64,000 nucleotides of DNA, taken from positions 17,137 through 81,136 of the forward strand of contig JAZQCF010000008.1 of the NCBI GenBank assembly GCA_045546075.1, read 5' to 3'. Position 1 is the first letter of the stretch; the number at the start of each line of letters is the position of its first letter. The notes under the pieces were generated by a model that worked only from the letters and a program-made list of their open reading frames with translations, had not been told where the DNA came from and ran no database searches. Below, one piece after another: positions 26,593 to 36,214 of the stretch. This DNA is from Candidatus Enterousia sp. Lineage in GTDB: Bacteria > Pseudomonadota > Alphaproteobacteria > Rs-D84. The position numbers and the translations under genes were made by a program.

Positions 26593-27225
26593 ATGGCAAG
26601 AGATGGGGCAAAACGTAATACCCGTAAATTGAAAATTGGCCGCCGTTTGGGTGTCAACCTGTGGGGCCAGGCAAAATCACCGTTTAACAAACGCAAATAT
26701 AAACCGGGCCAGCATGGACCAACTTCGCGTGGCGGCAATATGACCGATTACGCAAAACAGATGCGTGCAAAACAGACCCTGAAAGGTTATTATGGCAATA
26801 TCGGTGAAAAGAAGTTCCGTGCATATTATCTGGAAGCGGACAATATGAAAGGCGACACACCGGATAACTTGATTGGTTTGTTGGAACGCCGTTTGGACGC
26901 GGTTGTATATCGTGCAAAATTTGCACCGACGGTTTTCTCGGCACGTCAGTTGGTAAGCCACGGTCATATCTATGTCAACGATAAACGCGTGAAAATTGCA
27001 TCTTACCAGGTTAAACCGGGCGATGTTATCACGGTCAGTGACAAGGCAAAACAAATGCCGTTGGTCGTTTTGGCGTTGGAATCGGGCGAACGCAATACAC
27101 CGGACTATATCAATTTGGATTCTGCGAACTTTGTCGCAACATACACACGCGTTCCGGCATTTGCAGATGTTCCGTATCCGGTTCAAATGTCCCCAGAATT
27201 GGTCGTCGAATTTTATTCACGTTAA
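26593..27225 (+). CDS. rpsD: 30S ribosomal protein S4
   Basis: [19 protein letters not shown]...S4 domain [14 protein letters not shown]. Confidence 0.92.
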   Translation: MARDGAKRNTRKLKIGRRLGVNLWGQAKSPFNKRKYKPGQHGPTSRGGNMTDYAKQMRAKQTLKGYYGNIGEKKFRAYYLEADNMKGDTPDNLIGLLERRLDAVVYRAKFAPTVFSARQLVSHGHIYVNDKRVKIASYQVKPGDVITVSDKAKQMPLVVLALESGERNTPDYINLDSANFVATYTRVPAFADVPYPVQMSPELVVEFYSR

Positions 27226-27247
27226 TTTTGGAAACGAAACAAAATTC

Positions 27248-27273
27248 AAAATCCGCCGTTTGGCGGATTTTTC
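27248..27273 (+). terminator. Intrinsic terminator
   Basis: AAAATCCGCC-GTTT-GGCGGATTTTT. Confidence 0.8.
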
Positions 27274-27330
27274 TTTGATTTTCAATTCAATTCGTTGTAT
27301 AATAACGCAAACAAAATAAAAGATTACAAA

Positions 27331-28335
27331 ATGTCGGATAACAAGATTTTTTTGTCGGGTATAAAACCCACTGGAACCGTACATTTGGGCAACTATATTG
27401 GTATGCTGTCCCAAATGCGCGATATATCGCACGAACACAAAACGGTTATGTTTATTGCGGATTTGCACGCGCTGAATATGATGCGCGATGCGAATGCGGT
27501 GCGCGAACACACATACGAAATCGCCGCGATTATTATATCTATGGGTTTTAATATGAACAATGTCTTGATGTTTCGGCAATCGGATGTACCGGCCGTGTGC
27601 GAATTGTCAACGATGCTGACCAATGTCACGCCCAAGGGTTTAATGGACCGCGCCCATTCGTATAAGGCCGCGATTGATAAAAACATCGCCGCCGGGAACG
27701 ATGCGGATTTTGGGGTGAATATGGGGTTGTACACTTACCCAATTTTGATGGCGGCGGATATATTGCTTTATGGTGCGGATGTTGTGCCCGTCGGTGCAGA
27801 CCAAAAACAACACGTGGAATTTGCACGCGACATTGCGGGTCATTTCAATACAATATACGGCAATGTATTCCGGTTGCCCGAACCCCAGATTATGCCAGAT
27901 GCCGGAATTATACCGGGATTGGATGGCCGGAAAATGAGTAAATCTTATGATAACATTATTCCGCTTATGGCCCCCAGTGCCGAATTGAAAAAGCGTGTTA
28001 TGCGCATAATCACCGACAGCAAAACACCCGACGAATCCAAAGACCCGGATGAATCTACGATATATATGCTTTACCGGCATTTTGCAACCGCGGCGGAATC
28101 GGCCGATTTTGCGGAAAAATTCCGTGCCGGCGGTATGGGATATGGCACGGCGAAGACAATCCTGTTTGAAAAATTGGATTCTGTGTTATCACCAATGCGG
28201 GCCCAATATGAATATTTGATGGCAAATCGCAATGAATTGGACAATGCGTTGTCGAACGGTGCAGAAATTGCGCGCCGTATCGCGGACAAGACCATGTCAC
28301 GCGTGCGCCATGTAATGTTGGGAACAAAAAAATAA
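27331..28335 (+). CDS. trpS: Tryptophan--tRNA ligase
   Basis: SGIKPTGTVHLGNYIG (HIGH-like), VPVGADQKQH, KMSKS. Confidence 0.9.
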   Translation: MSDNKIFLSGIKPTGTVHLGNYIGMLSQMRDISHEHKTVMFIADLHALNMMRDANAVREHTYEIAAIIISMGFNMNNVLMFRQSDVPAVCELSTMLTNVTPKGLMDRAHSYKAAIDKNIAAGNDADFGVNMGLYTYPILMAADILLYGADVVPVGADQKQHVEFARDIAGHFNTIYGNVFRLPEPQIMPDAGIIPGLDGRKMSKSYDNIIPLMAPSAELKKRVMRIITDSKTPDESKDPDESTIYMLYRHFATAAESADFAEKFRAGGMGYGTAKTILFEKLDSVLSPMRAQYEYLMANRNELDNALSNGAEIARRIADKTMSRVRHVMLGTKK

Positions 28336-28357
28336 TTAAAAAGCAAGGAGAGAGCAA

Positions 28358-29086
28358 ATGAACAACAAAACAATTGGAATAATCGCGTGCGCGTTGTGCG
28401 TGTTGGTGTTGGGTTGGGGCGCGGTGAATCGATTGGCCGAACCCCGAACGATAAGTGTAAATGGCGAATGTTTGACATCTGCGCCCAAGGACAGAACCGC
28501 AATCACAATTCGGGTCAGTGTCACGGATAAAAGCGCGGCGAAATCTATGAAGGCGGCATCATCCAAGGTCGCAGAAATCAACAAATACCTTAAAACACTG
28601 GATGTCCAGGTTCAAACCAGTGAATTTAATTCATACGAAAAAAACGAATGGAATCCAACAACGCACAAGTCTGATTTTGTGGGCATTGAAACAAATATCG
28701 CACTGGATGTTTCCGCGGCCAGTATTGATACCATTGAAACGGTCTTGACACAATTCGCGGGCCAACCAGATGTGTTTGTGACAAACCTGCGTATGTTCAC
28801 ATCAAGCGAAACAATGAAACCGATTTTGGAATCGTGCCTTGGGACGGCGGTTGAAAATGCGCGTGCCCGTGCGGACGCATTGGCCGCAGGTGTGGGCCGC
28901 CGCGCGGGTAAAATGTTGGCGGCATCCTATGGGACGGGCGGTTCATACGATGTGCGCCCAACGGCAAACTTCCGTATGGCAAAAATGGAAATGGCGGCGG
29001 TCGCAGATTCATATGCCGGTGGCGCAATCACCGGTAAAGATACCGAGGTTTCCGTCACCGTTTCCGCAATATTTGAAATAAAATAA
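28358..29086 (+). CDS. SIMPL/DUF541-like periplasmic protein
   Basis: Signal anchor, then an ISVNGE...APKDRTAITIRV pattern typical of the 26-kDa periplasmic immunogenic protein family (from memory). Confidence 0.6.
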   Translation: MNNKTIGIIACALCVLVLGWGAVNRLAEPRTISVNGECLTSAPKDRTAITIRVSVTDKSAAKSMKAASSKVAEINKYLKTLDVQVQTSEFNSYEKNEWNPTTHKSDFVGIETNIALDVSAASIDTIETVLTQFAGQPDVFVTNLRMFTSSETMKPILESCLGTAVENARARADALAAGVGRRAGKMLAASYGTGGSYDVRPTANFRMAKMEMAAVADSYAGGAITGKDTEVSVTVSAIFEIK

Positions 29087-29087
29087 A

Positions 29088-29999
29088 ATGCAAGAAATCA
29101 TTGATGAATTTACGAACTATTTAATCAAGACGCGTAATTATTCGGGCCATACGGCCACGGCCTATGGGATGGATATTGATGATTTCTGCCGATTCTTTGA
29201 ACGTTTTAATGGTGCGGCGGTCGGTGTGCGTGATTTTGCGCACGCCGACACAATTTGTTTTCGGGCATGGTTGGCGGACCGGCAAAAGCGTGAATTGGCG
29301 TTCAAATCTACGGCGCGCGCATTGTCGGCATTGCGTGGGTTTTATAAATATCTGGCAAAGCATTATGATATAAAAAATGATGCGATTGGTTTAATATCTT
29401 CACCACGAATTCCAAAAAAATTATCCAAGGCAATAGATGCCGGTGATGTTGCCGATATGGCGGGTGCAATACGTGTTGTTGATGGGGGTGAACCATGGAT
29501 TGCGGCGCGTGATTGGGCGTTGGTAACATTGCTGTTTGGGTGCGGGTTACGCATATCTGAGGCATTGGCATTAAAAAATCGCGATGTCGCACATGCGCCG
29601 GAATCACTGCGCATTTTGGGCAAGGGGTCCAAGGAACGCATAGTTCCCGTGTTACCGGCGGTGAATACGGCGATAAAAAAATATATGGATGTGCGTCCAT
29701 GCGGAAATGCACCGGATGATGAATTGTTTCGCAGTGTTCGGGGCCTGCCCATGTCGGCACGTATGGCGGAAAAAGTCATTGAAAAATTGCGTGCGTATTT
29801 GCAATTACCGGACTATGTGACACCACACGCGTTACGCCATACCTTTGCGACCGTGTTATTGGCAGATGGCGCGGATTTGCGCAGTCTGCAAGAATTACTG
29901 GGACATTCATCACTTTCTACAACGCAATTATATACCAAGGTAAATATGGCGGAAATTATGGATATTTATGAACATTGTCATCCACGCGCCGGGGAATAA
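29088..29999 (+). CDS. XerC/XerD-family tyrosine recombinase
   Basis: ARDWALVTLLFGCGLRISE, HALRHTFAT, LLGHSSLSTTQLYT. Confidence 0.85.
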   Translation: MQEIIDEFTNYLIKTRNYSGHTATAYGMDIDDFCRFFERFNGAAVGVRDFAHADTICFRAWLADRQKRELAFKSTARALSALRGFYKYLAKHYDIKNDAIGLISSPRIPKKLSKAIDAGDVADMAGAIRVVDGGEPWIAARDWALVTLLFGCGLRISEALALKNRDVAHAPESLRILGKGSKERIVPVLPAVNTAIKKYMDVRPCGNAPDDELFRSVRGLPMSARMAEKVIEKLRAYLQLPDYVTPHALRHTFATVLLADGADLRSLQELLGHSSLSTTQLYTKVNMAEIMDIYEHCHPRAGE

Positions 30000-30161
30000 A
30001 AATAAATTGATTTGTATATTCATCTGTGCAAACATATAAATATGCTAATTCGTTTTATCAATTTTTACTGTTGTTGTTAAATTATTTTTTTGCAAACATA
30101 TTGTTTGCCAATTTTTAATATATCTGTTATTATATCAACGCTAATATATAAGGATTTTGTT

Positions 30162-31589
30162 ATGCAAATAAGACTTTACAACACTATGAGCCGCAAAGTG
30201 GAAGAATTCAAACCATTGGTGCCTGGCCAGGTTAGTTTTTATGGTTGTGGACCGACGGTTTATCACTATGCCCACATTGGTAATATGTTGTGCTTTATTC
30301 GTAACGATTTGCTGCGTCGTATGTTTACCGAGAACGGGTACAAGGTTCATCATGTTATGAATATTACCGATGTTGGCCATTTGACCAGTGACGATGATGA
30401 TTCTGGCGAAGACAAAATGGAAAAGGGCGCGGCGCGTGATAATAAGTCTGTTTGGGATATTGCAAGGTTTTATACAGACAAATTTTTGCGTGATTTTGAT
30501 GATTTGAATAATTTGCGACCAACCGAAATGCCGCATGCAACGGATTTTATTGCCGAACAAATAGAATTGATAAAAAAATTAGAAGATTTGGGTTATACAT
30601 ATGAAATTCCAAACGATGGTATCTATTATGATACATCTAAATTTGCATCATACGGTTTGTTGACCGGCGGTTCCTTGGCGGGTAATCGCGCAGGCGCACG
30701 CGTAGAATTTAATAAATTGAAACGCAACATAACCGATTTTGCGCTTTGGAAATTTTCCCCAAAGGATAAAAAGCGTCAAATGGAATGGGACAGTCCGTGG
30801 GGTGTTGGTTTCCCGGGCTGGCACGCAGAGTGCAGCGCGATGAGTATGAAAATCCTTGGGAATCATTTTGATATTCATACCGGTGGCGAAGATTTGGCGC
30901 GCATCCATCATACAAACGAAATTGCACAATCTGAACCGATAACTGGTGCGCCGTGGGTGCGTTATTGGGTGCATTGGGCGTTTTTAATGGATAAATCTGG
31001 TAAAGAAAAAATGAGCAAATCAAATGGCGAATTTTTAAGCCTTGATGCATTGCGCAATCGCGGTTACGACCCAATAGTATATCGGTATTTTATAACGCTG
31101 GGACATTTTCAAAGTCAACTGGCTTTCTCGTGGGATGCCCTGGATTCTGCGGCAAATGGTTATAAAAACATTGTGCGCAAAGTGGCCGATATACTTGCCA
31201 ATAAATCCGGAAATTTAGACCAGGATTTATATAATACATGGCACGATAGACTGCTGGAACCCGCATCAGACAATTTGAAGACGGCCGAAACATTGGTTGT
31301 GTTTCAAAAATTGTTGAAAGATGGGACCGTAAATAATACAACAAAAATTGCATTGGTTGAATTCATTGACCGATTGCTTGGGTTAAAATTGATAGAACAT
31401 GCGGAAAAATTACACGAAACTGAATCTGTTGTGGCACCGGCGGATGTTCAAGAATTGGCGGATGCGCGGGCGGATGCCAAGAAAAATCGTGACTTTGCAA
31501 CCGCGGACGAATTGCGTGCCAAGATAGATGCGGCGGGTTGGACGGTTATGGACACGCCGGGCGGATTCAAATTGGTTAAAAAGCAATAA
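30162..31589 (+). CDS. cysS: Cysteine--tRNA ligase
   Basis: MQIRLYNTMSRKVEEF, YHYAHIGN (HIGH), KMSKS. Confidence 0.9.
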   Translation: MQIRLYNTMSRKVEEFKPLVPGQVSFYGCGPTVYHYAHIGNMLCFIRNDLLRRMFTENGYKVHHVMNITDVGHLTSDDDDSGEDKMEKGAARDNKSVWDIARFYTDKFLRDFDDLNNLRPTEMPHATDFIAEQIELIKKLEDLGYTYEIPNDGIYYDTSKFASYGLLTGGSLAGNRAGARVEFNKLKRNITDFALWKFSPKDKKRQMEWDSPWGVGFPGWHAECSAMSMKILGNHFDIHTGGEDLARIHHTNEIAQSEPITGAPWVRYWVHWAFLMDKSGKEKMSKSNGEFLSLDALRNRGYDPIVYRYFITLGHFQSQLAFSWDALDSAANGYKNIVRKVADILANKSGNLDQDLYNTWHDRLLEPASDNLKTAETLVVFQKLLKDGTVNNTTKIALVEFIDRLLGLKLIEHAEKLHETESVVAPADVQELADARADAKKNRDFATADELRAKIDAAGWTVMDTPGGFKLVKKQ

Positions 31590-31664
31590 AATATTTTACA
31601 AAAACCGCTTGAATATGACACATTTTGTGCTATATTAAAGCACGTTGCAACAAGAGGATTTTTT

Positions 31665-32210
31665 ATGAATTACCCATATATGCCTAAATCCACTGCACTG
31701 TGGTTGATTGAAAACACGTCTTTAACATTTGAACAAATCGGTGAATTTTGCGGCCTGCATGAACTTGAGGTGAAAAATATTGCGGATGCTGAGGTTCAAA
31801 AGATTCAAGGTTTGGACCCGGTTTTGAATGGGCAACTGACCCGTGAAGACATCAAGAATTGCGAAGCCGACCCATCTGCGCGCCTGACACTGCGCGAAAA
31901 CATTGTTCGTGCACAAAATGCCCAAAACAAAAAGGGTGTGGGTTATACGCCAAAATTACATCGTCAAAACCGTTTGGGCGGAATTTTGTGGATTTTGAAA
32001 AATTGCCCAGAATTGACCGATGGACAAATCGCACGTCTTATGCGCAGTACAAATCCAACGGTTGCATCGGTGCGCAACAAAACACATAAAAATTACAGTG
32101 AAATTCAAATTCAAAGCCCGATAGTATTGGGGTTGCTATCGGAATCTGCATTACATGACGCGGTTGCCAAGGCGGCGCGCAGTGCAGAAAAATCGGGCAA
32201 AAAGAAATAA
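31665..32210 (+). CDS. DUF1013-family protein (alphaproteobacterial)
   Basis: MPKSTALWLIENTSLTFEQIGEFCGLHELEVKNIADAEV matches my memory of the DUF1013 N-terminus. Confidence 0.7.
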   Translation: MNYPYMPKSTALWLIENTSLTFEQIGEFCGLHELEVKNIADAEVQKIQGLDPVLNGQLTREDIKNCEADPSARLTLRENIVRAQNAQNKKGVGYTPKLHRQNRLGGILWILKNCPELTDGQIARLMRSTNPTVASVRNKTHKNYSEIQIQSPIVLGLLSESALHDAVAKAARSAEKSGKKK

Positions 32211-32229
32211 ATTTATCAAACCATAAAAC

Positions 32230-34323
32230 ATGGGGTTTTGGATGTCCAAAAAACTTGATAACGCAACCAAATTGTTGGTAGATTCATTACCGGAAAACCT
32301 GCAAAAATTGGCGACATCGTCGATTGAAAACGGATACTTGTCCCAAATGGATTTCAATGCCGCGGTTGATGCCGATGAAATCCCAGATGACGAGCAGGCC
32401 GAAGTCCAAGAATTCTTTCGCCAAGATTTGGGTTTGGAATTCATTGAAACCGATAATTTTTCCAAAGATTTAGAAAAATACTATGACGAAGATGCCGATG
32501 AAAATGCGGAAAAATATCGCAATTTATTAAATGCGGATGCGGAACAGGTTGACGTTAATGACGAAGATTATGAACATTATGCCAAACAACTGGAACGCAG
32601 TCAAACCGGTACATTGGTGTTGGGTGTCCAAGATTCTGTCCAATCGTATTTGAAACAAATTGGTATGGTGCAATTATTGACCGCCGCAGGCGAGGTTGCC
32701 ATTGCCCAACGTATCGAGGCCGCATCCCGTCTTATGATTTACGGTCTGTGCGAAAGTCCTATGACGATTCAGGCGATGTTGGATTGGTATCAACAACTGC
32801 TGAACGAAGATATTAGATTGCGCTATATTGTTAATCTTGAAGCAATGTATTCATCGGATGCGGAACAAAAATCTTTGGCGGCGATTTCTGAAACCCTGAA
32901 ATCCAAGGGCGTAGACCAGGTTGATGATTTGGACGATGATGATTTAGATGACCTGGAAGAAAGTGTCAGCGATGAAGACGATGATGACACCGATGTTTTG
33001 GATGATGAAGATGGCGACAAAAAAGAAGATACACCACGCGGAACATCCGGTGTGCCTATTCCGGTAATGGAAGAGGCCTTAATGCCAACTGTTTTGGATT
33101 TATTTGCGAAAATTAAACGCACGTTTAATGGAATGCAGAAATTACAGGCCAAGCGTTTGGAAAATCTGCTGACTTCTTCGAAACCGGACGAAGAATTAGA
33201 GGCAAAATATAACAAAATGCGCCTGAATTTGTTCGAGAATGTCAGTAAAATTCGTATGAACGACGACCGCATCGCGGAAATTATGGAAAAATTGACCCAG
33301 CGCGATCAACTGCTTATGGGGCTTGAGGGTAAATTGTTGCGTCTGGCCATGGCGAACAAGATTAAGCGTGAAGATTTCTTGGCGGAATACACCGGCAACG
33401 AATTGAACCGTAATTGGGTTAAAAAATTACTTAAACATAAAAGCACTGTTTGGGTGAATTTTGCGAAAAAGCACGGGGCCGACATAATCAAAATTCAAGA
33501 AGAGATTACGGCAATCGCCGCCGAAACGGGTCAACCGACCGCCGAATATAAAAAGGTTGTGGAACTGGTCCGCCGGGGCCAGGCCGAAGCTGCACGCGCC
33601 AAACGTGAAATGATTGAGGCGAATTTGCGCCTGGTTATCAAATTTGCGAAAAAAAGCAGCAATCGCGGATTGGGATTGGATTTTTCGGATTTGGTCCAAG
33701 ACGGCAATATCGGCCTGATGAAGGCGGTTGATAAATTTGACTATCGTTTGGGAAATAAATTTTCAACATATGCGACAAATTGGATACAACAGGCCATCCT
33801 GCGCAGTATCGCAGATCAGGCCCGCACAATTCGTATCCCGGTGCATATGATTGACAATATTCATAAAATCCAACGCGCATCGCGCCAGTTTATGCATAAA
33901 TATGGCCGTCAGCCGACCGCCGAAGAATTGTCCAAGATTATATACTTGCCGGTGGACAAGATTCACAAGGCAATGAAAGTCAACCTGAAACCGATTTCTT
34001 TGGAGGCCCCCGTTGGCACCGAAGACGACAGTTCGCGTATGGAAATCATTGCAGATGAAACGGCAAAAAATCCGTTCACATCGGCGGCGCAAAAGAATCT
34101 GCGAAAAATTGTTACGCAAATTCTGTCGGAATTGGATCCCAAGGAAGAAACCGTCCTGCGTCAACGTTTCGGGATGAGCACCAACAAAACCAGCACCCTG
34201 GAAGAGGTTGGTGAATACATTGGTGTTACGCGTGAACGCATACGTCAAATTGAACAAAAGGCACTGAATAAGTTAAAGCACCCAACGCGGGCGCGCAAAT
34301 TACGCAGTTTCTTGGAAGATTAA
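32230..34323 (+). CDS. rpoD: RNA polymerase sigma factor RpoD with acidic insertion
   Basis: TYATNWIQQAILRSIADQARTIRIPVHM (region 2), region 4 LEEVGEYIGVTRERIRQIE, and a D/E-rich non-conserved region. Confidence 0.92.
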   Translation: MGFWMSKKLDNATKLLVDSLPENLQKLATSSIENGYLSQMDFNAAVDADEIPDDEQAEVQEFFRQDLGLEFIETDNFSKDLEKYYDEDADENAEKYRNLLNADAEQVDVNDEDYEHYAKQLERSQTGTLVLGVQDSVQSYLKQIGMVQLLTAAGEVAIAQRIEAASRLMIYGLCESPMTIQAMLDWYQQLLNEDIRLRYIVNLEAMYSSDAEQKSLAAISETLKSKGVDQVDDLDDDDLDDLEESVSDEDDDDTDVLDDEDGDKKEDTPRGTSGVPIPVMEEALMPTVLDLFAKIKRTFNGMQKLQAKRLENLLTSSKPDEELEAKYNKMRLNLFENVSKIRMNDDRIAEIMEKLTQRDQLLMGLEGKLLRLAMANKIKREDFLAEYTGNELNRNWVKKLLKHKSTVWVNFAKKHGADIIKIQEEITAIAAETGQPTAEYKKVVELVRRGQAEAARAKREMIEANLRLVIKFAKKSSNRGLGLDFSDLVQDGNIGLMKAVDKFDYRLGNKFSTYATNWIQQAILRSIADQARTIRIPVHMIDNIHKIQRASRQFMHKYGRQPTAEELSKIIYLPVDKIHKAMKVNLKPISLEAPVGTEDDSSRMEIIADETAKNPFTSAAQKNLRKIVTQILSELDPKEETVLRQRFGMSTNKTSTLEEVGEYIGVTRERIRQIEQKALNKLKHPTRARKLRSFLED

Positions 34324-34371
34324 CATAAGGGGGGCGTTTTTTACGCCCCTTGTTAAACCCAGGGGGTAAAT

Positions 34372-35001
34372 ATGAAAAATACAATTTTGTTTTGCACGGG
34401 ACTTTCGGGTTCGGGAAAAACGTATTTTATCAAGAACACTTTACCGGATGGATTGTTCTATAACCTGAAATCTGCGACAACACGCGATATGCGTGTGGGC
34501 GAGGTTGACGGGCGCGAGTATTATTTTCGTGACGAAGCATATTTTGATAACACACCATTGGTTACACGTTTATGGGTGAATCGTGATTTTTGGAAACCGG
34601 GTGACCGGAAATGGTTATATGGTGTTCCCGAGAGCGAGGTTATAAGCCACCTGGGCCAGAATTTTACATATGATGTAATTCAACCGCAATATGTGCGCCA
34701 AATGATAGATTGGTTCAATATGCATGGTTTGGATACATCGTACACGTATAAAATCGCGTGGTTTTTGCCACACAAAAATAACTTTGATGTTGCGGCGGCG
34801 CGCGCAAATATGCCGAACGATATCGCGGTTCGTCGCCAGAACACGTGTGATGCAGGTGATTTTTTGGATGCGGGTATCTGGCCGGATTATATTTTGCGGC
34901 CAATCACGGGCGATATGGATGCGCGTTTGATGCAATATATTGGCGCAGTATATGACGATATGATATGGCACCGTTCCAAAGGAATTTCAAATTCGCGATA
35001 A
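34372..35001 (+). CDS. Divergent guanylate-kinase-like P-loop kinase
   Basis: GLSGSGKT P-loop and SATTRDMRVGEVDGREYYF (Gmk signature-like). The C-terminal half is atypical. Confidence 0.5.
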   Translation: MKNTILFCTGLSGSGKTYFIKNTLPDGLFYNLKSATTRDMRVGEVDGREYYFRDEAYFDNTPLVTRLWVNRDFWKPGDRKWLYGVPESEVISHLGQNFTYDVIQPQYVRQMIDWFNMHGLDTSYTYKIAWFLPHKNNFDVAAARANMPNDIAVRRQNTCDAGDFLDAGIWPDYILRPITGDMDARLMQYIGAVYDDMIWHRSKGISNSR

Positions 35002-35006
35002 AAACA

Positions 35007-35027
35007 CCGCCCATACGGGCGGCTTTT
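35007..35027. terminator. Bidirectional terminator
   Basis: CCGCCC-ATAC-GGGCGG followed by CTTTT. Confidence 0.6.
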
Positions 35028-36102
35028 AATTATCCAACACGCCGGCGTGATACGTGGTGTTGTTGTATGTTAAATTCAAACTGCCGGTGCCGCCGTTGCC
35101 GGCCTCAAGTGGTACATAGCACGTAACGCCGTTTTGCCTAATATTGATTGCCACGGTCGTTACCTTGGTTGCGAACAGTGGAAATGATAAACCGGTACTG
35201 GTTTTTAATTGTGTGGCAAATGAACACAAATCTGGACATGCACCACTATATGCGTGATCACACGCCACCGCATCCGGTTTACAGGCAACACGCGGCGTTG
35301 CCGCGGTACCGCTTGTGCCAGGTTTCCAATAATTTTCATATCCGGTTGTTACTTGTGTTGTCCCGGTTGGACATGTCGTGGCCAACTTGGTATCGTTTTT
35401 GAATATATCTGTCATATTGGATGTGCTTATATTGTTAATACCATCAAATAAGTTATATGGTATATATTCATCCAAATTAGTGCATCCATAGAACATCTCG
35501 TTAAACATTCGTGTTCGTGCGTTTCCATTGATTCCATTAAATAATGTAGATGGAATTGGGCCACGCAGGTTGGTTGCGCCACGAAACGCCGAATAAAATA
35601 ATGGTTGATTCTCTGGGAAAGTAACATTACTTAATGTTGGAAACAAAGCGCCCAAACTGCCCGAAATTCCATACAGGTATTCTGGTGTTGCATAACCACC
35701 ATATACACTGATAACCGCATTTGAAAAACTTGTATCTTTCTTTGGGTATTGGGTAAAATTACCGCTCAATCTAATGGTATAACATTCTTGTGTGTCATAG
35801 AATTTACGTGTAATTGCCATACGGTTATTCAGGTTGTTATTTCCTAATGTTTTGGTTTCTGTGTATCCGTCCCCCCAATCAATATACAAAGTTCCAACTG
35901 CAGAAACATAAAAAGTAAAATCGTCCCCGTCTGATGGGAAATTACATACCTGCATTTCAAATTGTGATGGGACACATGTTGCACCGTTGTTTATCGAAAT
36001 TTCATCGGCTGTGCATGCGACCGCGGGCGCGATATGAAACGCGCCGAAAACACCGACAAATACGAGTGTCGATATACGTAAAAAACGCACAATATTCAAC
36101 AT
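35026..36102 (-). CDS. Secreted repeat protein (BspA/DUF285-like F.GCTNL repeats)
   Basis: Signal peptide, then repeated AFRGATNLRGPIP / MFYGCTNLDEYIP / TDIFKNDTKL units. Confidence 0.5.
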   Translation of the reverse strand: MLNIVRFLRISTLVFVGVFGAFHIAPAVACTADEISINNGATCVPSQFEMQVCNFPSDGDDFTFYVSAVGTLYIDWGDGYTETKTLGNNNLNNRMAITRKFYDTQECYTIRLSGNFTQYPKKDTSFSNAVISVYGGYATPEYLYGISGSLGALFPTLSNVTFPENQPLFYSAFRGATNLRGPIPSTLFNGINGNARTRMFNEMFYGCTNLDEYIPYNLFDGINNISTSNMTDIFKNDTKLATTCPTGTTQVTTGYENYWKPGTSGTAATPRVACKPDAVACDHAYSGACPDLCSFATQLKTSTGLSFPLFATKVTTVAINIRQNGVTCYVPLEAGNGGTGSLNLTYNNTTYHAGVLDN

Positions 36103-36214
36103 ATTAGATTTTTGCTTGTGTTTTCCTTTCCTTATCTCTAATTTAAGGCTAGCAAAAATGCGCCAAACGGCGCAAGTATAAATACATATTTTTTACAATT
36201 TTTTTTTAGATTTT

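Noticed and set aside
29088-29999. Xer-family recombinase as the integrase of the nearby islets
   Set aside because: It is a typical housekeeping XerC/XerD in a core-gene context, 2.6-8 kb or more from any att-like repeat, with no flanking repeats of its own.
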